A stretch of 64,000 bases of DNA from Planctomycetota bacterium (GCA_036443405.1 JAZFYD010000122.1:7755-71754); one strand, 5' to 3'; positions 17,957 through 27,956 are shown, counted from the stretch's first letter. Made by a program: numbers and translations. Notes: generated by a model not told the origin, from the sequence alone.

Positions 17957-18425
17957 CTCATCTCTCCTTGTTCCGCGTCCCCCATGGATGTCTCCATGGA
18001 TGGTGGAGTGGGGGGCGCGTTTGATGGGATTCATTCCTGTTGCAACCATGCTGCTTCGGTTCGTCCATTGCCACAAGCTTCAGGCTGGGCTCGTATGGCG
18101 AATATCGAAGAAATTGCACATTCAGTAACACGTTGCTATGCAAGCGGTTAGGTATATCACGGTGCTAGATAGCGGCATATGCAGGAAAGTTTGTGCGCTC
18201 CGATGTTCGGACGATGAGACAAATCGAACGAATTGACTGCCGGTGAGCCATAAATGCGACTAATTGTTGGACTAGTTGGCTCACTTTGAGTCGCGACGCC
18301 TGGCGGGCGCCGTAATGCGTTTGCTTGGAGAGGCTTACGGCCACGGACGCGCGCGCGTCTTCGCGGATGGCAGCGCGAGCGCTATTCTCAGGAGAAAAGC
18401 GGCCGGCGTGCGTAGAAGAGGGTGA

Positions 18426-19103
18426 GTGGTGCCCAACGTGGAGTCGAGTCGAAACACGCCCGATGGAAGGATCTTCCGAGCGCGTTCGCAGGAACAGAGC
18501 CCGCGGCACGCAGCCGACCCGGACGCCGATATCGTTGAGCTGGCACGTTCGCCTGCCACCCGCCGCGTCGCGATCGGGGTCCTCTACGAGCGCTTCCAGC
18601 GCCGCGTTTACAACACATCGCTTCGGGTGGTCGGCGACGCGGACGAGGCGTCGGACATCCTCCAGGATGTTTTTGTGCTCCTGTTCCGCAAGATCCACAA
18701 GTTTCGGGCGCGCTCGACGTTTGCGTCGTGGGTGTACCGAATCACGGTAAACCTCTCCCTCGATCGCCTTCGTCAACGCAAACGCAATCCGCTCCTGGGT
18801 ATGGCGGGTAGCGCTCTCGACAGCCTCCAAGACGACATGGGCCGCGGCGCGCCCGAGCACGGTGCCGCGCTACAGGACTTGGAGGAGCACGTGCAGGCCG
18901 CCCTCGACGATCTGTCGCCCCGGCTTCGGATCGTAATCGTGCTCCGCTACCTCGAAGGCCTCTCCTATCAGGACATCGCCGCGATCCTGAGCTGCTCCCT
19001 GGGCACCGTGAAATCCCGGCTCAACAGGGCCCACGCCATCTTGCGCCGCACGCTTGCGCCGATGTACCAAGGCAAGTGGTTCTCCGACGCGCGCACGGCG
19101 TGA
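18426..19103 (+). CDS. ECF sigma factor (RpoE-like)
   Basis: Region 2 DILQDVF...FASWVYRITVNLSLD; region 4 LSYQDIAAILSCSLGTVKSRLNRA. Start uncertain. Confidence 0.9.
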   Translation: MVPNVESSRNTPDGRIFRARSQEQSPRHAADPDADIVELARSPATRRVAIGVLYERFQRRVYNTSLRVVGDADEASDILQDVFVLLFRKIHKFRARSTFASWVYRITVNLSLDRLRQRKRNPLLGMAGSALDSLQDDMGRGAPEHGAALQDLEEHVQAALDDLSPRLRIVIVLRYLEGLSYQDIAAILSCSLGTVKSRLNRAHAILRRTLAPMYQGKWFSDARTA

Positions 19104-19215
19104 TCGCGGCCGGGTCCAGGCGTTGGTCCGAACTTCAGACGTAGACCGCGCGTACAGAAGGGGCTTTTCGTCTACCCGTGCAAAAGCAACGCGCCCGCCT
19201 CGTGAATAACCCGGC

Positions 19216-22200
19216 CTAGCGCTTCGCCTTCTTCGTCGCTTTGGCGGTCGCTTTCTTGACCTGCTTTTTCAGAACAATGGGCACGCCGCTGGCGCCGCCG
19301 CTCGACGGCACCTTCGCCCACTGATAGCCGGCCATGTATACGCGGATCTCGAGCGCCCCTCCCGGCACCTTCAAGAGTTCGAAAGTGCCGTCGGGTTTGG
19401 CACGCGTCCCCGCGAACCACTGATTGTCGCGATAGGCCGTGAGTGACGGGGTCTGGTTGTTGGACACGATTGGCTGCCCCTGCTCGTCAAGCACGGTCCC
19501 GGTGATCTTGTAGGGCGATTCGAGGCGAATCGAAACCCGCGCTCCGTTCGTATTCGCCTGGACCGGCGCCGCTACCGATTCCTGCGACCACACCCTCAGC
19601 CAATACTCACCCGGAAACACGCCGCGGATGTGGATCTCACCCGTCTTGTCGGTCCGCGCGCCCTGATTCGCGCTCGACTGCATCACGCGCGTGCCGCCAC
19701 GGGATCGCCAATCCGCGAGCCGTTTCGACACCTCCGGATCCGACGAAGAGATCCAGACCCACAGATTCGGCGCCGGTGAACCATCGGGTTTTCGCACCTC
19801 GCCCCGGATGGACTCGCCTTTCGATAGGCGCAACTCGATGTCCTCGTCGTCGGCCATCGCCTTTGTCGTCGCCGGGAGAAACCCCGCCGCGCCCGCCAGA
19901 AACTCGACCCGCTCCTCGCCGAGCCCCTTCAACTTGAACTCGCCCCTCGTGTTCGTGATCGCCGTCGGTACCGACGGTTGTCTTGGCGCCTTCTTTTTCA
20001 AGAGCGCCGAGACCATCGCGCCCGCGACGGGCTTTCCGTCCGGCCCGACTACGCGGCCGCGCGCGATCGCGCCGCTCGAAACGGTGATGAGCAGTTCGTC
20101 CGTGCCCGTTGGGACAGGCCCGGCGTCCTTCTCCAGGAACGAGCCCGACTGGACCCCGCGCCCCTGACGCTGCGACTGGGGTTTCACCAAGATCGTGTAG
20201 GTGCCCCCCGCCAAGTGCCCGAGGCGAAAGTAGCCGGTCGCCGACGTGGTTGCCCCTGACCTTTGCTGCGGCTTTGCATCGCCCGTCATCGCGACGACCC
20301 GCGCGTTGGCAACCGGTGCGCCGTCCTCGTCCAGGACGAAACCGCTGATGAACTCCTTGCGCGTAATCTCCAGGCGAACCTGCTCGCCCGCCGCCAGATC
20401 GCGCTGCGATGCGCTCCCGTCGCTCCCGACGGCAGTTGCCGTCCACTTGCCCGGTCCCACACCTTTGATCTCGAACTTTCCGGCGCTGTCCGTTTTGCTC
20501 GAGCGTCTCTGGCGCACGTCGGTCTTGTCCCCCTTCTCCGTCTGCGGCGAAATGGACACCCAGCACTGGCCCGCCGGCGTGCCGTCATCGAACACCACCT
20601 GCCCCGAGATCGCGCCGCCCTTGATGAGCCGGACACGCACCTCTTTTGTTTCGCCCTTCGCGGGCAGCTTGATGTCCTTCACCAGCGTCGCGTCGTACTC
20701 CGCGTGCGCCGCGACGATGTAGGGCGGCGAGTTTGCGACCTGTGACCGAACCCACGACGGGATCGTGATCGAGAAACGGCCCTGGGCGTCCGTGACGCTC
20801 GCGTTCCACGTTTGGGACGCCAGATTGCGCGCCTGATTGAGCTGGTTGGCGGGCAACAGCCTCACGACCGCCGCGTGCAGCGGCTGATCGTTTTCGTCCT
20901 CGACCACACCGGTGAACCCGCCCTCGTCGTCGACTTCGACCACGACCTCGGTGACCTCGCCGATCGCGATCGCAAACTCCTTGGACTTCGCGGTCGGGTT
21001 GTACGTTTGCACATACGCCTCCTCCGCGTCGGTCGTCGGCGCGCCGCGATAGATAAGCTGCCCGAGCAGGTCGGCCTGCGCCCAGCCGATGTGCTGCGCG
21101 CCCACATACAGGTTGCCGCCGAGATTCGTCGGCGGAGGTCGATCGCCCAGAACGATGCGCGCGTGCACTTCCCCGGCGGGCGTGACCACCACGCGCTGCG
21201 ATTCGATCGCGCTGCCCTCTTCGGCGGTGAAGTCGAGGGTGATGCTGCGCTGGTTGTTCATGTAGCGGTTCAGCACGCGTGCCACTCCCGGCCCGATGGC
21301 CCCGATCGCGTAGCTGCCGTCGAGCACGTGTTCGAAGCGAAAGTGCCCGTCCGCGCCGCTGATTGTGTACCCGATCTCCTGGTGGCTGCTGTACTGGGCG
21401 TTCAGGCGGTTGAGAGTGAGGCGCACATCCGCGACCGGCGCGTCGGTCGATTCGTTCACGACTACGCCGGTCACGGTTTCGCCCATGGTGAGCGATGCGT
21501 CGACGGTCAGCGTCTCGCCGGCTTTGAGCAGTTCGGGCGGCAGCCGCAGGTCGCCGCGCGCCGTGGTCCGCTCGCCGTAGTCCGCGTGCTGAATCAACGC
21601 GGATCGGAGGTCGCCCGGCGCGAGATGGGGGATCACATAGGTGCCGTCGGCACTCGTTTCCGCTTCGCCCTTGCTCGTGGATTGTCCGGTACCGCTGGAG
21701 ATCGTGACCTTCGCGCCCGCGAGCGGTACGCCGCCCACTCCCGTTACGGTGCCACGCACGCTGCCACCCGGCGTCAGCTCGACGTTCAACGGGCCCGGCG
21801 CGGGAATCTGGGTCCACGAAGAGGACGACGCGTAGCCTTCCGCCGTAACCTCGATCCCGTGCATGCCCTTCGAGAGCATGTCGAACGAGAACTCGCCGGC
21901 CTCGCTCGTTTCGGTTTCGACAAACGCCGGCGGGACGCGCCAGTTGCCCCGAAGAATCGCGCGCACCTTCGCGGCCGCGATCGGCTCTGCCTTGTGGTTG
22001 GTAACGCGGCCCAGGAACTCGAACCCGGGCTCGAGGCGCAGCGTGATCTCCGCCGGGTTGGACTGGCCGGGGATGTAGATCAGGCCGCGCGTGACCGCGT
22101 ACCCGGGGGCGCGAGCTTCGATGGTGAGGCGTGTGCGGCGCGCGATCCTGATCTCGAACCGGCCATCACCGCTGGTCGTCGTCTCGCCGATCGGTGGAAA

Positions 22201-22566
22201 CGGATTCTCCGTGTATTCACGGGCCGCCGGGTTGTTCCAGGCGTTGGTCACAAAATCCGGAAACGCGCGGTGCGCCGTGACCGTGGCGCCGCCCAGCGGC
22301 TTGCCACTCGCCAGCACCAAGCCACGCAGCACGAGCGCCGGCCCCGGAATACGGTTCGGATCCCGGTCGGCGTTGCCGCGCGCATCGGCGGCTCCGGCGG
22401 CCGTTTTTACATCCGCGCTGTCGACATCCCCGGTGGCCCCGGCCCCACCGATCGCGTCGGAGCCTGTGCTCCGGTGGCCGCGAGCGACGTCATCCTCGCT
22501 GTTCAGAAGAAAGAAAATCGCCGCCAGGCAGACGAGCAGAATCGCGATAACCGCACCGTTACGCAT
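19216..22566 (-). CDS. Membrane-anchored carboxypeptidase-regulatory-like repeat protein
   Basis: GGAGG RBS; N-terminal anchor; many G.V.D..G.P...A.V / TD..G.F beta-sandwich repeats. Confidence 0.85.
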   Translation of the reverse strand: MRNGAVIAILLVCLAAIFFLLNSEDDVARGHRSTGSDAIGGAGATGDVDSADVKTAAGAADARGNADRDPNRIPGPALVLRGLVLASGKPLGGATVTAHRAFPDFVTNAWNNPAAREYTENPFPPIGETTTSGDGRFEIRIARRTRLTIEARAPGYAVTRGLIYIPGQSNPAEITLRLEPGFEFLGRVTNHKAEPIAAAKVRAILRGNWRVPPAFVETETSEAGEFSFDMLSKGMHGIEVTAEGYASSSSWTQIPAPGPLNVELTPGGSVRGTVTGVGGVPLAGAKVTISSGTGQSTSKGEAETSADGTYVIPHLAPGDLRSALIQHADYGERTTARGDLRLPPELLKAGETLTVDASLTMGETVTGVVVNESTDAPVADVRLTLNRLNAQYSSHQEIGYTISGADGHFRFEHVLDGSYAIGAIGPGVARVLNRYMNNQRSITLDFTAEEGSAIESQRVVVTPAGEVHARIVLGDRPPPTNLGGNLYVGAQHIGWAQADLLGQLIYRGAPTTDAEEAYVQTYNPTAKSKEFAIAIGEVTEVVVEVDDEGGFTGVVEDENDQPLHAAVVRLLPANQLNQARNLASQTWNASVTDAQGRFSITIPSWVRSQVANSPPYIVAAHAEYDATLVKDIKLPAKGETKEVRVRLIKGGAISGQVVFDDGTPAGQCWVSISPQTEKGDKTDVRQRRSSKTDSAGKFEIKGVGPGKWTATAVGSDGSASQRDLAAGEQVRLEITRKEFISGFVLDEDGAPVANARVVAMTGDAKPQQRSGATTSATGYFRLGHLAGGTYTILVKPQSQRQGRGVQSGSFLEKDAGPVPTGTDELLITVSSGAIARGRVVGPDGKPVAGAMVSALLKKKAPRQPSVPTAITNTRGEFKLKGLGEERVEFLAGAAGFLPATTKAMADDEDIELRLSKGESIRGEVRKPDGSPAPNLWVWISSSDPEVSKRLADWRSRGGTRVMQSSANQGARTDKTGEIHIRGVFPGEYWLRVWSQESVAAPVQANTNGARVSIRLESPYKITGTVLDEQGQPIVSNNQTPSLTAYRDNQWFAGTRAKPDGTFELLKVPGGALEIRVYMAGYQWAKVPSSGGASGVPIVLKKQVKKATAKATKKAKR

Positions 22567-22729
22567 CTTTCCTCCATGTGAACGCCCGGCAGCAAGCCGT
22601 TTTTGGCGTTTCAGCGAAGTTCCAACCGGTCGCGAACGGACCCCCCAACCCAATAACGCTCCGCAGACCCTTGCGCGCTATCAAAAAAGTAACGGAAATA
22701 AGCGGGTGAGGTTCGGCAAGAGAAGATCG

Positions 22730-24736
22730 GTGAACGAAGCCGACACAAATCTCTGGCAGGCGTGGACGCTCCGGCGGGACGAAGATGCGTTCGCGACGCT
22801 CGTGCGACCCCATCTGAGGTTCGCGTCGGATTTCGCGCGGCGGCTCGGGTGTGACACGGCGGACGCGGACGACCTCGTGCAGCAGGCGCTCGCGAAGCTC
22901 GCGTCGGAGCAAACGGATCGGCCGCTGCAGGTTGGCCTGCGACCGTGGCTGGGCCGGTTCCTGGTCCTGAATCACAAGATGCTGAGACGGTCCGGCGCTC
23001 GCCGCTCGCGCTACGAGACTTCGGCGCCGCAGCGTGGGCGCGATGCGCACGCGGACTTCGACCGCCGCGAGGCCGTCGAGGCGCTCTTGGCCAGCCTCCC
23101 CGAACCGCAGCGCGAGGCGATCGTGCTGCGCTATCTCCATGACATGGAGTACGAGGAGATCGCGCACGTCACCGGCGCCACGGTCAACGCGTGCCGCATC
23201 CGCGTGCACAAGGGCATCGAGAAGATGCGCGGGTCGGCTGGCGCCAAGATCGGCGCCATGGTCGCGGCGCTACCGCTGCTCGCCGGACAGAGCGAGGCCG
23301 CGATCGTGAAAGCGGCCTTGGCGCCGGGCGCCGCCGTGGTGGGTGTGGGAACAGTAGGAGCCATCCTCATGAAAAAGATCCTGGCCGTCGCAGCGCTCGT
23401 CGCCGCGGTGGGGACCTCGGTGGTGTTGTTGAACCAGAGCTCGGACGACGGCGGCGAAGGTGCCCCGCGTTTGGCGGACGCGGATTCGGGCTCGTCGGAA
23501 CGTGGCAAAGGCGTGCCCGTGAGGACGCCGAAGGTCCCGGATCCGGTGGGGGCCGCGCGCGAACCCGATCCGGAACCGAAGGTCGACCCCGCATGGCGCG
23601 AGAAGCTGATTCGCGCGGTGTTTGGCGCGGGTGGCTCCGTCGGCTTTTACGGAATCGACGAACGCGACACCAAGGAGTACAGCTCGGATGTGGATCTGCC
23701 CACGAGTCCGGTCACTGTCGTCCGCATGCCGCAACGCAACACCGGGGTCGCCGCGGTCTTGGCACTCCTCCGCGATGCGGGCGCGCTGCACTCGCTCCAC
23801 CTGCGCGGGTCGGGCGTCGGCGACTCGGACATGGAGGTGGTCGGTGATCTTGGCGGCCTGCGCAGGCTCGGCATCGCGGCCACGAACGTGACCGACGCCG
23901 GGATCGCGCACCTCTCTGGACTGTCGCTCAGCCAGTTGATCGCGTCGGATCTTCCGATCACCGACGAGGCGATGCGGGTCATCGGCCGCATGCATTCGCT
24001 CGTGTCGCTTTCCGTGCACGACAGCAAGATCACGGCCGCCGGGCTGAAACACATCGAGGGGCTGTCGCAGCTTCGCCACCTGCGCTTCGAAAACAAGCGC
24101 ATGTCCGACGAAGCGCTTGCGAGCGTGGCGAAACTCCCGAAGCTCGAGCAGCTGTGGGTGCCGGAGTTGCGCATCACGCGAACGGGCATGGCAAGCATCG
24201 CGAAGATGGCGCGGCTGCGCACGCTGCGGGTCGAGATGGTCACGCGCGATGGATTCGCGGGAATCGCGGCCGTTGCGCACCTCGAAGAGCTCAACATCTC
24301 CGACTCGCGCCTGCGCGGGAAGGATCTCGCGGCGATCCGGAACCTCAAGGGCCTGAAGAAACTCAACGTCGATGAATCCCAGGTGGACTCCGACGGCATG
24401 AAGTTCATCGGTGGGCTGACGGAACTCGTGGAGCTCTCGATGAAGGAAACGCGCCTCGACGACGAGAGTGTCGCGCACCTCGCCAACCTGCGCCGGCTCA
24501 AGAAGCTACGCTTGGACGGCGTCGGTATCACGGACGCCGGCGTCAAACATCTGGCGGGGTTGACCGGGCTCGAGAGCCTGCACCTCGACGAAAACGACAT
24601 CGGCGACGAGTCCATCGAAGTGCTCGCGGGCCTGAGCAACCTTCGCTACATCGACCTGAAGGACACGCGCATTTCGGAGGAGGGACTGAAGCGCCTGGCT
24701 GCGGCGCTCCCGAACTGCCGGATCCGCAAGCCCTGA
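22730..24736 (+). CDS. ECF sigma factor fused to TM segment and leucine-rich repeats
   Basis: DAFATLVRPH, ADDLVQQA, LRYLHDMEYEEIA; hydrophobic segment; repeated L..L..L.L....ITDAG..HL LRRs. GTG start inferred. Confidence 0.85.
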   Translation: MNEADTNLWQAWTLRRDEDAFATLVRPHLRFASDFARRLGCDTADADDLVQQALAKLASEQTDRPLQVGLRPWLGRFLVLNHKMLRRSGARRSRYETSAPQRGRDAHADFDRREAVEALLASLPEPQREAIVLRYLHDMEYEEIAHVTGATVNACRIRVHKGIEKMRGSAGAKIGAMVAALPLLAGQSEAAIVKAALAPGAAVVGVGTVGAILMKKILAVAALVAAVGTSVVLLNQSSDDGGEGAPRLADADSGSSERGKGVPVRTPKVPDPVGAAREPDPEPKVDPAWREKLIRAVFGAGGSVGFYGIDERDTKEYSSDVDLPTSPVTVVRMPQRNTGVAAVLALLRDAGALHSLHLRGSGVGDSDMEVVGDLGGLRRLGIAATNVTDAGIAHLSGLSLSQLIASDLPITDEAMRVIGRMHSLVSLSVHDSKITAAGLKHIEGLSQLRHLRFENKRMSDEALASVAKLPKLEQLWVPELRITRTGMASIAKMARLRTLRVEMVTRDGFAGIAAVAHLEELNISDSRLRGKDLAAIRNLKGLKKLNVDESQVDSDGMKFIGGLTELVELSMKETRLDDESVAHLANLRRLKKLRLDGVGITDAGVKHLAGLTGLESLHLDENDIGDESIEVLAGLSNLRYIDLKDTRISEEGLKRLAAALPNCRIRKP

Positions 24737-24807
24737 CCGGGTGACCGGCGTTTGGAATTCGCCAAGGGCCGAGCGGCTCGGAGCGTCCTTGTGTTAGGAA
24801 GACTCCC

Positions 24808-25347
24808 TTGGTCGATGAGACGCGGCTTGTTTCCCTGGCGCGCGGCGGTGATCGCGGTGCGGCCGGCGAATTGGTGCGCTTGCACGAGCGCGCAGTGTAC
24901 GCCGTTGCGCTGGCCCGGCTCCGCAACGAAACGGACGCGCGCGAGGTCGCACAGGAAGCGCTGGTCAAAGCGCTGCTGCGCCTCGACAAACTCCGCGACG
25001 ACACGAAGTTCGGCGCGTGGAGCGTACGCATCGCGATTCGTCTCGCGGCCGACCGGAAACGGCGCGCAAAGCGGCTGGCCAGCCTGACCGGCGAGAACGT
25101 CGATCCCGGAAAAGGGCCGATGGAGCGCCTGCTCGATCACGAGCGGCGTGAACGCCTGCTGGCGGAGTTGGGCCGGCTGCCCGAGGACGTGAGGCAGATC
25201 TTCCTGTTGCACTACGTGGATGGCGCGCGGTATGCCCGCATCGCCGAACTGCTCGGGGTCCCCGAAGGCACGATCGCATGGAAACTGCACCGAGCGCGGC
25301 GCAGTCTCCGCACGAGCCTGAGCGACCTCGTGGAGGAAGATCGATGA
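24808..25347 (+). CDS. ECF sigma factor
   Basis: AREVAQEALVKA, FGAW, YARIAELLGVPEGTIAWKLHRAR; stop overlaps the anti-sigma start (ATGA). Confidence 0.9.
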   Translation: MVDETRLVSLARGGDRGAAGELVRLHERAVYAVALARLRNETDAREVAQEALVKALLRLDKLRDDTKFGAWSVRIAIRLAADRKRRAKRLASLTGENVDPGKGPMERLLDHERRERLLAELGRLPEDVRQIFLLHYVDGARYARIAELLGVPEGTIAWKLHRARRSLRTSLSDLVEEDR

Positions 25348-27926
25348 ACTGTAGCGAAGCCCAGCTCTGTGCGATCCGTTTGGTGGACGGCGAACTGCCG
25401 GCGTCGACCGAAGGGGAGTTCCAAGCGCACATCGAAACGTGCGCGGATTGCCGTGAGTTCCTCGCGGCCGAGCGCGCGACGGCCAAGGATGCGAACAGGT
25501 GCGGCGAGGAGTTGCGTGCGAGCGCGCCAAGCCTGGAGACGTTGGTGCTTCAGGGCGTGGACGGTGCGCCGGCGGGGCGGCCGCGCCAGGTCTATTTCGC
25601 GATCGGCATGGCCGCGGTGTTGATGGTCGTGACCATGCTCGCGATCTCGATGCGGCAGGACGATCTTGCGAAGCGGCGTGAGACCGAGGTCACGGGAACC
25701 CGGCTCGTGGCGCTGGAGGGTGCGCCGCTGCGCATGCTGGGCGATGGCGAGTACGAGCCGGCGGCCGAGGGGAAGACGCGCATCGAGGTGAGCGGTCGAG
25801 CCGTTGTTTTGGCTGGCACCGGCCGTGTCGAACTCACAACCGGTGTCTATCGCATTCACGTGGACGCGAACAACATCGAAGTGCACGTCGAGAAGGGGAG
25901 CGCGCGGATCACGGGCGTCGACGGCATGAAGCTCGAACTCCAGGCCGGGTCCAACGCGAAGCTGCGCCGCAGGAAGAGAGAAACGAAAGTGCCCTTCCTG
26001 GGCGAAATGCCGGTGCTGGGGCAGGTTTTCGCGCAGCCGCGGAACGTGACCGGCGTGGTGGTCGACGACAAGGGGCGCGCGGTAGAGGGCGCGCAGCTCT
26101 TCGGGTACGCGAAGGTCGATGGGTCCGGCGGAACACTGCTCGCGAAGACGGACACGCACGGGCGTTTCGTCGCCGAGTTCAAGGGCGGCAGCGTTAGGTT
26201 CCTGGGTGCGATTGCGCAGGACTGGGCGCCGACGCAGCTGCGCGAACTCGATCCGGCGAAAACGTCGGCCGACTTGCGCCTCGGGTTTGTCGCTCCGGGG
26301 AGCTTGCTGAAAGGGACGGTTACGGATGCCGTCGGCAAGCCGGTGGCCGCGGCGCGCATCGAGGTCGGCGTGTTGCGAACCGGTGTGGAAGGGCGTTCCG
26401 AGGAAGGACTGCGGTTGCATCCCGCGCCGCCTCGGCGCCTGGTCGCGGACAAAGACGGCCGCTTCTACGCGGTGGGACTCCCGACGGAATGGCAGCCGCT
26501 GAAGGCGCAAGCCAAGGGGTATGCGCCGTATCACGCGCGCATCCGCCTGCCACCGCTCGGAAGCTCCACGATGCTCGCGAAGCTGACACGCGGTTCGGTG
26601 GTGAAGGGCACTGTGTGCGACGCGTCGGGCAACGCGGTGGCCGGCGTGCGGGTTACGTGGACTCAGCCGGAGTTTTCCGGGTTGCTTGCTCCCGCGGGGA
26701 CTGTGAGTGACGCCAACGGAAGGTTCAAGCTCGAGCATGTCCCGGCGGGGCGCGTCGCGTTTCATGTCGTGGGCAAGGGGACCGTCGTTCGTGTCGGGGT
26801 CGAGGGGGCCGTCACTGGCGTGAGCTGGGGCGACACCGTGCACTGGGCAGAAGTGAAGCCGAATGCGGAGACGGTGGTCAATCCGGTACTTCCGGCGCCG
26901 CTGTTCCTGAGTGGCCGGGTGGTGCTCAAAAGTGGCGCGCCCGCAGCGGGGTTCCAGCTTGCCCTCGTGCCCATGGATCGCGCTGCGAGTGGCAAGGCGC
27001 TCGAGACGAAGACCGACGCCACCGGGGCGTTCCGCCTCGACGGTCTTTCACCGAACAAGTACTGGTTGCGCGCGTGGTACCCGAACCACGAGGGCGCGGC
27101 GCCGCACTGCGAGTTCGAAATCAAGCCGCGCGCCGAGCCATACGAGTTCGTCGTTCCGGACGAGGGTCCGAAGCCGGCGTCTGTCCAGGGCGTTGTAACG
27201 AGCGCCGACGGTCCGGTTGTAGCGGCCCGTGTGCGTCTCTGGTCGGCGGCCGTGTCGCAGTTGATTTATGAGCGCCGCACCGACAAGAAAGGCGCGTTTG
27301 TAGTGAAGCCCCTGACGCCGGGACGGTATCAAATCGAGGTGCACGTCGATGGTCGGCCCACGCTGCATCTCGCGCGCTTGGACCTTGCGCCGGGCGCGAG
27401 CCAGAGGCTGAGCCTTCGGTTCCCGGAGCCCGCGCGTTTGGAACTGACGGCGCGGTTCGCTGAAGGGACTCCGGAGAAACTCCGCACGATTCGCCTCGTC
27501 AAGGACGATCGTGTGCTTCTGGAGACGCAGCGGCGGAAGGACGGCGTCTATGTCTCCGAAGCACTCGCCGCGGGTGAGTACCGGCTCGCGGTGTTGGGGC
27601 TCACCGGATTCGGGAGAAAGATCAAGTTCGCGGAGGGCGAGACGGTTGCGATGGTGCTCCCGATTCCGCGGCCGGTCGCGCTCACGTTGCGGTTCCGGTA
27701 CCCCGGTGGCGAACCCGCCAAGTGGTTGGTGTATGGCGTGGAGGCCGGGCCCGATACGGCGCCCGCGCGCGGGACGGCCCGTGACGTGACCTCGCACATC
27801 CTGCTGAACGTGGTTCCGGGTGTCTACAAAGTGCAAGTAACCGATGACCTCGGGCGGCGCGTGGAGCGCGAGATCGTCGTGCATCCGGATCCGGCGAAGC
27901 AGGAGATCGAGGTGGATGTGGAGTGA
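25344..27926 (+). CDS. Zinc-finger (zf-HC2/ZAS) anti-sigma factor with carboxypeptidase-regulatory-like repeats
   Basis: MNCSEA...DGEL...HIETCADC (HxxxCxxC), TM helix, FecR-like segment, then beta-sandwich repeats. Confidence 0.85.
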   Translation: MNCSEAQLCAIRLVDGELPASTEGEFQAHIETCADCREFLAAERATAKDANRCGEELRASAPSLETLVLQGVDGAPAGRPRQVYFAIGMAAVLMVVTMLAISMRQDDLAKRRETEVTGTRLVALEGAPLRMLGDGEYEPAAEGKTRIEVSGRAVVLAGTGRVELTTGVYRIHVDANNIEVHVEKGSARITGVDGMKLELQAGSNAKLRRRKRETKVPFLGEMPVLGQVFAQPRNVTGVVVDDKGRAVEGAQLFGYAKVDGSGGTLLAKTDTHGRFVAEFKGGSVRFLGAIAQDWAPTQLRELDPAKTSADLRLGFVAPGSLLKGTVTDAVGKPVAAARIEVGVLRTGVEGRSEEGLRLHPAPPRRLVADKDGRFYAVGLPTEWQPLKAQAKGYAPYHARIRLPPLGSSTMLAKLTRGSVVKGTVCDASGNAVAGVRVTWTQPEFSGLLAPAGTVSDANGRFKLEHVPAGRVAFHVVGKGTVVRVGVEGAVTGVSWGDTVHWAEVKPNAETVVNPVLPAPLFLSGRVVLKSGAPAAGFQLALVPMDRAASGKALETKTDATGAFRLDGLSPNKYWLRAWYPNHEGAAPHCEFEIKPRAEPYEFVVPDEGPKPASVQGVVTSADGPVVAARVRLWSAAVSQLIYERRTDKKGAFVVKPLTPGRYQIEVHVDGRPTLHLARLDLAPGASQRLSLRFPEPARLELTARFAEGTPEKLRTIRLVKDDRVLLETQRRKDGVYVSEALAAGEYRLAVLGLTGFGRKIKFAEGETVAMVLPIPRPVALTLRFRYPGGEPAKWLVYGVEAGPDTAPARGTARDVTSHILLNVVPGVYKVQVTDDLGRRVEREIVVHPDPAKQEIEVDVE

Positions 27927-27956
27927 GAGCGCGCGGAGTTTTCGTAAGATCCGCGC

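Noticed and set aside
18050-18067. Minus-strand GG-N10-GC (TGGACGAACCGAAGCA) as a sigma54 promoter for the small secreted gene
   Set aside because: Lacks the CAC and TT consensus positions; indistinguishable from chance.
22091-22729. N-terminal extension of the 881-aa ORF
   Set aside because: Overlaps the opposite-strand repeat-protein gene; sigma homology begins near GTG 22730.
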